Assembly: GCA_004376645.1 (NCBI GenBank)
Contig: SOJC01000077.1
Coordinates: 1 to 50,374, forward strand
Direction: 5' to 3'
Origin: Candidatus Bathyarchaeota archaeon
Lineage (GTDB): Archaea > Thermoproteota > Bathyarchaeia > Bathyarchaeales > SOJC01
DNA: 50,374 nt
The translations under genes and the position numbers were made by a program. Below the pieces are notes generated by a model, which made no database searches, had not been told where the DNA came from, and was given only the letters and a program-made list of their open reading frames with translations. Positions 40,297-48,983 of this stretch are shown here, in pieces; positions within the stretch are counted from its first letter, which is position 1, and each line of letters starts with the position of its first letter.

Positions 40297-40310
40297 TCTC
40301 TTTCCTCCGA

Positions 40311-40826
40311 TTATCGTTCCTTATTTTTAACTAGGTCACCGAGGGTGACAGCTTTTGATTGAGAAGGGGCTAATAGGTTCTTAGGTACATTGTCTTTAGA
40401 AATGGGGACAAGGAGCTTGATCTTCAGTGCATATTCGAGTTTCTTGGCAAGTTTGTGGTTGGGAGCCATCTTGTGGCCTTCCAATTTTTTGAGTTGTGAT
40501 ATTTTTTCGTTTATTTTTCTTCCCAAGTCTTCATGGCTCAATCCTCTCGATTCTCTCGCTTGACGTATGCGGGTGCCGAAATCCTTAACTAATTCCAAGG
40601 CGGGTTCCAAAGGAGACTGGCGTTTCGTTGCAGTCTTTGGTTTGTTTCTCAAAGACTTCTTTGGCTTAGAACTTAATCTGAAACGCTCATTGGTTTTTAT
40701 TTCCCAGCTCATAGAGCCGAGCAGGGCACAGTCGTTACATACGACAAGTCGCGCCCCCTCGATTATTGCTTTGTAAGGCTTTCCCATTATGTATCGACCA
40801 CAGACTTCGCACTGCAATTGTGTCAC
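40311..40826 (-). CDS. mbf1: Multiprotein bridging factor aMBF1
   Basis: CEVCG...VCNDC Zn ribbon, IRQARE...HTH, TLGD. Confidence 0.93.
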   Translation of the reverse strand: MTQLQCEVCGRYIMGKPYKAIIEGARLVVCNDCALLGSMSWEIKTNERFRLSSKPKKSLRNKPKTATKRQSPLEPALELVKDFGTRIRQARESRGLSHEDLGRKINEKISQLKKLEGHKMAPNHKLAKKLEYALKIKLLVPISKDNVPKNLLAPSQSKAVTLGDLVKNKER

Positions 40827-40891
40827 CTAACCAAACTGTTTTACCATAGCTCCGATTCTTTATATTTATCGCGTAAGTTAATGATGCCATA

Positions 40892-41377
40892 ATGTTTATG
40901 AGTTCTTTGTGGAGAATCCGTTCGATTGCTGACTATCAGTTTGGTGAGGGAGCTGGAAAAACGCTTTTTCCTGACGGGGTATGTGTCTTCTACTCTCGCA
41001 GAACTGGAAGAATAAGACATGTTTTTTTCAAGCGTAGACTCATCGCTACCTTGCGTCCCACTGATGGTTTTTTCTCTTTGACAGTAGAAGGTGGAGGTCA
41101 CCTCATGTTGATTGACCCTAATCGGCTGTGGGTGGAAGTACAAGATGACGTAACTGACTTCATTTCTATGGGAAGAACAGTTTTTGCCAAGCACGTTATC
41201 AGATGTGACGTGGAAATCAGGCCTGAAGAAGAGGTTGTTGTAGTGGATAGTCAACGTAGGGTTGTAGCTGTTGGAAGGGCGATTCTATCTGGAGAGGAGA
41301 TGTTGGTTTTCCAGCGTGGTATTGCTGTTCGGATCAGGCGGGGCGTGGCAGAGAGCGGCAGTAAGAGTGAAAGTTAA
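40892..41377 (+). CDS. PUA-domain RNA-binding protein (archaeosine TGT C-terminal-like)
   Basis: IADYQFG, SRRTGRIR, VFAKHV, IRPEEEVVVV, GIAVRIR. Confidence 0.85.
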   Translation: MFMSSLWRIRSIADYQFGEGAGKTLFPDGVCVFYSRRTGRIRHVFFKRRLIATLRPTDGFFSLTVEGGGHLMLIDPNRLWVEVQDDVTDFISMGRTVFAKHVIRCDVEIRPEEEVVVVDSQRRVVAVGRAILSGEEMLVFQRGIAVRIRRGVAESGSKSES

Positions 41378-41418
41378 GAAGGAGTAGCAAGAAAGATAGT
41401 AGCTGAAGGGAAGCAGAT

Positions 41419-41775
41419 TTGCGCAAGGGAATGAGTCAACGAGAAACTAAGCGGATCATGAAGCGTATGGGTTTGAGTATGGATGTAATGTCTGATGTTG
41501 AGGAGGTTGTTTTCAAGATGGGCTCGAAGGAAATGATTATTGAGGATCCAGAGGTGGCGATATTGAATCTTAAGGGTCAGAAGGTGTTCCAAGTTACTGG
41601 AGGAAAAATTACTGAAAGAGCTTTGGTTAGTGAAAAGAAGATTGTGACAATTCCTGCAGAGGATGTAAGACTCGTAGCTGATCAAACTGGAAGAGGTGTC
41701 GAAGAGGCGAGGCGTGCATTGGAGGAAAGCGGGGGAGACTTGGCTAAAGCTATTCTTCTTCTTCAGGTAAAATAG
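41419..41775 (+). CDS. nac: Nascent polypeptide-associated complex protein
   Basis: MKRMG, VEEV, FQVTG, UBA-like EDVRLVADQ...GDLAKAIL. Confidence 0.94.
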   Translation: MRKGMSQRETKRIMKRMGLSMDVMSDVEEVVFKMGSKEMIIEDPEVAILNLKGQKVFQVTGGKITERALVSEKKIVTIPAEDVRLVADQTGRGVEEARRALEESGGDLAKAILLLQVK

Positions 41776-41776
41776 A

Positions 41777-42241
41777 TTAGAACTGGTTTAAAACGTCCTG
41801 CTTCTCCATTATGTAGTTGCAGTAGTGACATCTTATTACCAAAGGTTCTCTGGATTTTACATAGAATTTTGATTGCACTGGTTCGTTGCTATTGGATATG
41901 CACGCTGGGTTACCGCACTTCACTGTTCCGCGGATGATGTCCGGTAGTTTCACTCGTTTCTTGTCAGCAACTTGGTATCCGCGGATTATGTTTATTGAAG
42001 CGTGGGGGGCCAAGAGTGCTATTTTGTCGACCTCTTCTTGTTCCAACTCTCTTCCCTCAACCTTTACGATGTCTTTGGTACCTAGCCCTTTGCTGGGAAC
42101 ATGCAGGGCAATCAATACTATTCCATTCGTCCGCCCAGTTATACCTAAGATTTTAACAACGTCCAAGGCATGCCCGCCCGTAATATGGTCGATTACTGTT
42201 CCATCCTTGATCTTTGAGACAAGTAGAGTTCTAGTGGCCAT
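41777..42241 (-). CDS. pyrI: Aspartate carbamoyltransferase regulatory subunit
   Basis: IKDGTVIDHI, KDIVK, CGNPACIS, CHYC. Confidence 0.96.
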   Translation of the reverse strand: MATRTLLVSKIKDGTVIDHITGGHALDVVKILGITGRTNGIVLIALHVPSKGLGTKDIVKVEGRELEQEEVDKIALLAPHASINIIRGYQVADKKRVKLPDIIRGTVKCGNPACISNSNEPVQSKFYVKSREPLVIRCHYCNYIMEKQDVLNQF

Positions 42242-42260
42242 TCAGTGATTCGCCTCTTAG

Positions 42261-43286
<1,026 letters not shown>

Positions 43287-43335
43287 TCTGCGGTTTTCAA
43301 ATGGGTCGTGTCATCGCTACTTAGGAGGATATTTT

Positions 43336-45414
43336 CTATACTGCGTATCTATGTCTATCTTTGAATTCTTGTAACTTTCCAGCGTTCCATCCTCTTATCT
43401 GCTGATAGTATCCTGTGATCCTCGACCAGTACTCTAAGTCGTCGCCCTCTGCTCCGCAACGATTGCACCGAGTCTGTAGATTGCCTTCTACACTATTACA
43501 CTTTCTGCAAATAGTCATGTCTTTTGTCAAGGCGAAATAGGCTGCCAGCGACTGGGTTGCGATACGCTTGATCAACGCCCAAACAGCTTCCGCTGATGGG
43601 TTGTTTTCACCGAGCCAGATATGCATTATAGCGCCTCCTTTTGTTAAGGGGTGGAAACTCGCCTCAACGTTGATTCGGTCTAGCAACGGAATTCCTGCAG
43701 ATGGGCGTACGTGGGAGCTATTGGTGTAGTAGATGCCCCCATTGCCAATGTCTCCTTGAACTATCGCCTTTTCTCCAAAGGCCCTTTGGTCTATGAGGGC
43801 TAATCTGTGGGCACAACTCTCTGCAGGCGTTTGAATGCATCCGAAGCGGTAGCCTGTTTTCTCTGCGTAAGCATTCACTCTATCAACCATGTGTCTAATG
43901 ACTCGCAATCCAAAACTCCAAGTATTGGAGTCTTCATGGAGCTCCTTACCCACGTGAGCCTTCAATAACTCATTCAAGCCTACAAATCCTATATTCAAAA
44001 CTTGTTTATCCAAGTTGAGATAGGGCTCGCCAAGGCAGTCCATGGTGCAGAATGGCAGTATGCCATTGTCCATCCTTTCTCTAATGACTTTTCGCTTGAT
44101 CAGGAGAACTTCCTTAGCAAGATCCATTTTTTCGTCCAGTTTCTCAAAGAGCATGTTGTCATCTCCCTTCGCTTCATAGGCTAGCCTAGGTAAATTGATC
44201 GTTATCACTTGCAGACTTCCCATTCGCATTGCGCCCTTGTGGAAGTCTTTTAGCTCATCGCTGTCAGGTGTGAAAATCAGCCTGCAACACTGACTGTTCA
44301 CAATATCGGGCATGTAGTCGGGGCAGAGGTTGAGGAAGTAGGGAGTTCCAAATTTAGCTGCTAAAGCAGCCACTTTGAGGTATTCATCTTCGAACTTGCC
44401 TAAATATTCCCGTCGTAGTTTCACTTCACATTTAGGGAAGTTGAACATTTTCCCTAAGTAGTCTCCGGCTAAGTAAACATCGAGTATGGCGTTGAAGAAG
44501 GCGTTAGCTTCTTCATAGTAGTCATGGTACGTCTCTGAGGTGGAGACTTTTCCTCCAGGGAGCACAACTGGGATGTCCCAGATGATCTTTGGCACAGCAC
44601 ATTCGAGTGCTATCGAGGAGAAAACGGTTTGACCGCCTCTTGCGACGTACATCTGCGACATTTCGTAAATGAACATCTGAGCCAGTTGTTTCATTTGTTT
44701 ATAGGGCATGTTCCTTACGAATGGGGCTAGCCAAACATTGAAGAAGTCATAGCCTTGTCCGCCAGCCCAATTGGTTTGCGCTGCTGCCAGAGCCTTTGCA
44801 GCGTGGAGAATTGCCACTTCTGGATGCTTTGCAGGACCTGCTACAGCTGTGTGCAAGCCTTGCCCATCGACGATTAATCCCTTCCTCAGGAAGAAACGTA
44901 GATCATGTTCTTGACAGAACGGTCTGATTGCAAAGTATTCGAGATCATGAATATGGATGGCCCCTGAGATGTGGGCATCTGCCAAGTTGGACGGCAGGCA
45001 GTTTAGAAGCGAATATTGATCGAAAATCGTGTCAGCAGCGAGTTTATGTATAGTTTCCGGATTGTGCTGAAGGTTGGCGTTTTCTTTGTCACCAACTTTG
45101 ATGAGTCGGGCTACATCATATAGTGGCAAACCAAGCCTAGTGTACTTTGCTCTTGCATCCTCCAAATTGTTTTCTAGCAAGGCTACACATACAAATTCAC
45201 GAATCAGTGGTGCAGATAAAAAGTTAAGATCTAGTTTCTCTAAGTGACCTGCTGTGTCGCGCGCTATCTTGTCTGCAACTTCAGATGAGAGTTCAGTTTC
45301 CTCAAGCAGAGAGTTTTTGATTCTTTCAACGCTAAAGTCATCAAACATTATTCTTGACGTTCTAACATGTGGAAAGTACTTGAATGAATCGACAACATAT
45401 TCTTGTTTGCTCAT
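43336..45414 (-). CDS. nrdD: Class III (anaerobic) ribonucleoside-triphosphate reductase with N-terminal ATP-cone
   Basis: IHIHDL, finger loop NSQCCRL, TPAES, YYTNS, CxxC/CxxC Zn site, SRITGYY glycyl-radical motif; ATG 45414 after GAGGA. Confidence 0.96.
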   Translation of the reverse strand: MSKQEYVVDSFKYFPHVRTSRIMFDDFSVERIKNSLLEETELSSEVADKIARDTAGHLEKLDLNFLSAPLIREFVCVALLENNLEDARAKYTRLGLPLYDVARLIKVGDKENANLQHNPETIHKLAADTIFDQYSLLNCLPSNLADAHISGAIHIHDLEYFAIRPFCQEHDLRFFLRKGLIVDGQGLHTAVAGPAKHPEVAILHAAKALAAAQTNWAGGQGYDFFNVWLAPFVRNMPYKQMKQLAQMFIYEMSQMYVARGGQTVFSSIALECAVPKIIWDIPVVLPGGKVSTSETYHDYYEEANAFFNAILDVYLAGDYLGKMFNFPKCEVKLRREYLGKFEDEYLKVAALAAKFGTPYFLNLCPDYMPDIVNSQCCRLIFTPDSDELKDFHKGAMRMGSLQVITINLPRLAYEAKGDDNMLFEKLDEKMDLAKEVLLIKRKVIRERMDNGILPFCTMDCLGEPYLNLDKQVLNIGFVGLNELLKAHVGKELHEDSNTWSFGLRVIRHMVDRVNAYAEKTGYRFGCIQTPAESCAHRLALIDQRAFGEKAIVQGDIGNGGIYYTNSSHVRPSAGIPLLDRINVEASFHPLTKGGAIMHIWLGENNPSAEAVWALIKRIATQSLAAYFALTKDMTICRKCNSVEGNLQTRCNRCGAEGDDLEYWSRITGYYQQIRGWNAGKLQEFKDRHRYAV

Positions 45415-45520
45415 GGAAAATCCTCGCGGCACACCACATTATCGCCACTTAACACTTAGAGTTTTCAACACATAATTAGTAGCAAAAACGATGATTTCAT
45501 GTGCTTCCATTATGGACTTC

Positions 45521-45540
45521 ATTTACGAAAACATGTAAAT
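45521..45540. promoter_or_regulatory. Candidate operator palindrome ATTTAC-N8-GTAAAT upstream of nrdD
   Basis: Perfect 6-bp inverted repeat between a minus-strand TATA-like element (TTTTATAT, 45590-45583) and the nrdD start. Confidence 0.4.
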
Positions 45541-45671
45541 TTTGCAGTTCTTGCACGTTACTTTAATTTTTTAGAATAATCCATATAAAATCTTGTAGTT
45601 GCACTATCAAAAATTGACACACCGAATGTTTGACAAAAAGTTGTATAAAGCATAGACTGAACTGTTCGAAG

Positions 45672-47783
45672 CTAGCAGAATTCCACTGAAAAAATATTAA
45701 TGGAGCTACAGTTGGGACACTTCAGATGGAGCCCTGAGAAGGTGTTCCCGCAATTGCGGCAACATATAGCAGAAGTATTGTATGCAAAAAAGCCGATATC
45801 ACTTGTCACAAGTTGTCTTGTTTTGGCTAAAAGGGCTTCTGCAGAAGTTGGCTGGTCTGGCAATTGTATCAGTGTCAAGTGTCCACCAAAGGTTAGTTGA
45901 TGTATTCGTTCCTCTAGCAAAAGTTGCTCCTTCTCACCTAATGAAACCCTATTTATGTCACTGTAATGCGGATGATCTTTGCTGCCATGAGTTCTAACCA
46001 CACCCCAGCCATACTTCTCCACATCAAGTTCTGCCAGCCTGTACGCCGCTGTCTTATTTGGAACAATAGCTGATGAAAGCCGGATTCGTGGTTTCTTTGA
46101 TTGTTTTTTGACATAAGCATGGATGTGTTTCAAAATCTTTTCAGTGAGAACGAAAGCTTTTCCATAATCCTCCGGCACATGTCCTTGAGCAACCATTAGT
46201 TCTTCAACAGCTTCGGGGAGGCCTATAGAAGCTATCGTTCGTGAGGCATTTTCTAGCCTAAAGTACTGATCATTGTTTGCCCTTTGGCTGAAGTACAACA
46301 GACGATTCTGTTCCATTCGCCTTTTGATTGCTTGGTATTTTATCTCCAGAGCTTGAGAAGCCATCTTTAGTTGATTGTCTAGAAGTTCAAGGAATTTGTC
46401 TTCATCTCCTTTTGACTCGAAAGAGAGTCTGGGCAGGTTGACAGTAACAACATCAAGATTCCCTGTTCGTTGAACATCCAATTCTTGATCTTGTAGCCAA
46501 TCATCCTTCATTCTTAATCCTGAGGCTGTGTAGGTGGTGTTCTTTTGCTCTTCAGAGCATAGGTTCGCAAAATACACAAGGACGCTTCTCGAAGCGAGTT
46601 CGTGGGCTTTATAGAGTAGAGTCTCTACCTCATCAGTTCCAAGAGATTGTCGCCTAATCTTTGCCACTATCTTTGGATTTCTTAATGGATACGATTCGTT
46701 CTCTTCCCTCAACACTTCTAGCAGGAGGAGGGCTAGATGATTGGCTTCTTCAGCATATCCATCCTCCGTAGAGAGTTCGAGAGTCAGTGTCGTAGGTTCT
46801 TCTCGATTAGTTTGACTCAGGTTTCTGATAAAAAGCCGTAGAAGCTCTCTGACCCTATTAGGAGAGAGGTCTTTTGTGAAGGGAGCAAGATATGTGTTGA
46901 AGTTCTCTAGGCTTTGATATCCTATGATATCATTTGCCGCGTTTCGGATAATATTGGTGGCGAGATTAAGAGCGGCCTCGAGTGTCTTTGGTTTGTGACT
47001 TCGCAGAAAGAAGGACAGATTGTGAATGATTTCGTTTGGCTTCAATATCCATGTGGCGAGGCTATTGAGGTGAAGACTACCTCCCAGATAGGCGTCCGAA
47101 ATTTCACGAGGCAGTATGTTAAGAAGTGTGTATTCTTCCATAACAGCATCTCCAGCAGCTTTCTGGATTGCTCCAATATTCTGTCCTGAAGTTTCGATAA
47201 GGCGGGAGACTTCGTGAACAGGAAGGCCTAATCTTGTGAGGTCATGGCGATAGTCTTCATAATGCTTCTCCAGCAAAATCGTGTTGACGATTTCTCGGAT
47301 GAGAGGGGCTGTTAGGTATTTGGTCTTAAACTGCTGCAAGCGTTTCTCTGTTTCCCGAGCTATCTTCTGAGCTAAGTCCGTAGGTACATTAGCTTCTATG
47401 ACTAAGGACTGTGTGATCCTGTTTCGATCGAATTCCTCTATTGAAAAATGGGAGGTGCGGACAAGCATCTTCCTGCGCTTATAGGTTTGATCTTCTATTT
47501 CATCAGTGAATTTAATTATGTATCGGCCAAGATCTGTGAGACGGTATTTCCTATTTTCCACATCAGGTTCAATCAAATCAGCCTTCAAAAGAAATTTGAG
47601 ATGGTATGCAAAGCGTCCAGCATCACGGGTAGAGTCAAGCTTTAGAGAAATCATCAGCTCGGAGTAGGACAAGGACCCTTTCTCTTGAAGCAGGTTAAGG
47701 ATTTGGATACGTATGGAGGCCGAGATAGCCTTTAGTACTCGGATACCAGCTTTGTGGATACGTTGAATTCGCGGGCTAGGCAG
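45672..47783 (-). CDS. wHTH + ATP-cone + catalytically degenerate NrdD-like fusion protein (putative regulator), 703 aa, probable CTG start
   Basis: Frame open to 47804; AGGTG-N7-CTG at 47783 gives a complete ArsR-like HTH (LKAISASIRIQILNLL...SYSELM...FAYHLKFL...Y.LT..G); ATP-cone VRTS...EEFDRNRI; NrdD-like barrel without CC, PAES or RITGY. Confidence 0.85.
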   Translation of the reverse strand: MPSPRIQRIHKAGIRVLKAISASIRIQILNLLQEKGSLSYSELMISLKLDSTRDAGRFAYHLKFLLKADLIEPDVENRKYRLTDLGRYIIKFTDEIEDQTYKRRKMLVRTSHFSIEEFDRNRITQSLVIEANVPTDLAQKIARETEKRLQQFKTKYLTAPLIREIVNTILLEKHYEDYRHDLTRLGLPVHEVSRLIETSGQNIGAIQKAAGDAVMEEYTLLNILPREISDAYLGGSLHLNSLATWILKPNEIIHNLSFFLRSHKPKTLEAALNLATNIIRNAANDIIGYQSLENFNTYLAPFTKDLSPNRVRELLRLFIRNLSQTNREEPTTLTLELSTEDGYAEEANHLALLLLEVLREENESYPLRNPKIVAKIRRQSLGTDEVETLLYKAHELASRSVLVYFANLCSEEQKNTTYTASGLRMKDDWLQDQELDVQRTGNLDVVTVNLPRLSFESKGDEDKFLELLDNQLKMASQALEIKYQAIKRRMEQNRLLYFSQRANNDQYFRLENASRTIASIGLPEAVEELMVAQGHVPEDYGKAFVLTEKILKHIHAYVKKQSKKPRIRLSSAIVPNKTAAYRLAELDVEKYGWGVVRTHGSKDHPHYSDINRVSLGEKEQLLLEERIHQLTFGGHLTLIQLPDQPTSAEALLAKTRQLVTSDIGFFAYNTSAICCRNCGNTFSGLHLKCPNCSSINIFSVEFC

Positions 47784-47897
47784 AGTGAAACACCTTTTGA
47801 GCGACTATCTCTTTCGAGTCCTTTAGGTTTAAAGGTTAGGGAAGAATGATACTGACAATAGAACGGCAAGGACAATTCTGTTAACAGATTCTTGGCT

Positions 47898-47921
47898 TAG
47901 TTCACCATTTATAGTGAACTA
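47898..47921. promoter_or_regulatory. Candidate operator palindrome TAGTTCAC-N8-GTGAACTA
   Basis: Perfect 8-bp inverted repeat between the divergent HTH-NrdD-like gene and tRNA-Leu. Confidence 0.45.
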
Positions 47922-47986
47922 CCTCAGCTTTGCCTGAGCAGGACTGACAATGTTTAAATCACAATTGAGGTATTTTGAGCAGATGG

Positions 47987-48086
47987 GCGGCGGTAGCCAA
48001 GCCAGGTCAAAAAGTATATGGCTAAAGGCGAAGGACTCAAGATCCTTTCCCGTAGGGGTTCGCTGGTTCGAATCCGGCCCGCCGCA
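47987..48086 (+). tRNA. tRNA-Leu(CAA) with ~15-nt non-canonical D-loop intron (about 48011..48025)
   Basis: Acceptor GCGGCGG/CCGCCGC, anticodon arm AAGGA-CTCAAGA-TCCTT, long variable arm, T-arm GCTGG-TTCGAAT-CCGGC; oversized D-loop; TTTAAA about 30 bp upstream. Confidence 0.92.
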
Positions 48087-48201
48087 TCATCTTTCTAGTT
48101 ATTCAAAGCAAATCCTGAGAAATCAGAAATGCAGTTGTTCCTCAAAGGATTCAAGGGTGTGTTATTGCCGTTTGTGAGAATTGGTTCTAGAAGAAGACAT
48201 G

Positions 48202-48837
48202 TTAGAACTTTGCTGATTCTTCGAACTGACCCTTCCTAGTGAAGATTAGAAAATCAACGCCATCACCGCTCATAGAATCTCGGCTTAAGGCTGATTTCAT
48301 AGTGCGGACTACAACATCTTTCACTTCTTGGAGGGTCATACCTTCCCTGTAATTCTCCTCGAGAACTCCTATAGCTATCTCTGCGCCAGTTCCCACAGCA
48401 GCATAGTCATCAGGAATCACAGACCCCAAAATGTCTAGAACATATATCGATGGTCCTTCATCATCAACTCCCCCAATAATCGTCTGTGTAATCAATGGGA
48501 ATAACCGTCTGCCGAAGAGAAGATTAGACATGACTTTCGCAGCGGATCTTATAGATATTCTTCTGTTAATGTCCAGCTTGAACAGATTTGCATAAGCTTC
48601 CACCTCTCGTATTAGATTCTGCATATCGGCAACTAATCCAGCACACGCTGCTCCTATGTGATCTGTGATCTTGAAGATTTTTTTTCCAGCTTTGCTTGTA
48701 ACGAAATATCCATAGGTGACTCGTTTCTCAGAGGCGAGTATCACACCATCAGAATAAACTACACCGAGAGCTGTGGCCCCCGGCATTAAAAAGTATGGGT
48801 GTTGCTGATTGTGATCAATCAAATCCGTCGACTCCAA
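48202..48837 (-). CDS. psmB: Proteasome beta subunit, predicted non-catalytic
   Basis: GVILASEKRV, KKIFKI, GLVAD, RDSMSGDG; PG-ATA instead of G-TTT. Confidence 0.92.
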   Translation of the reverse strand: MESTDLIDHNQQHPYFLMPGATALGVVYSDGVILASEKRVTYGYFVTSKAGKKIFKITDHIGAACAGLVADMQNLIREVEAYANLFKLDINRRISIRSAAKVMSNLLFGRRLFPLITQTIIGGVDDEGPSIYVLDILGSVIPDDYAAVGTGAEIAIGVLEENYREGMTLQEVKDVVVRTMKSALSRDSMSGDGVDFLIFTRKGQFEESAKF

Positions 48838-48983
48838 AGTGGGAATTGACTATGCCAGCTCATCAATTTAAACTTAATTACGAAAAGGCGTATGAAACAC
48901 CTATCGTTTTGACGCCGCTCTCCCCTAAAGTTGGAACGTAAAGAATTAATTCCCAACTTGTCGTTATAGGATGGGAGCGTGAA

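Noticed and set aside
40841..41254. 137-aa antisense ORF
   Set aside because: Shadow of the PUA-domain gene.
45601..45700. Frameshift or readthrough that would restore the glycyl-radical motif to the NrdD-like fusion
   Set aside because: The sequence downstream of the Zn-site codons has no R(I/V)xGY-like peptide in any minus-strand frame; the truncation looks genuine.
47950..48177. 75-aa ORF in the ORF track
   Set aside because: It overlaps tRNA-Leu completely; a spurious translation of the tRNA.
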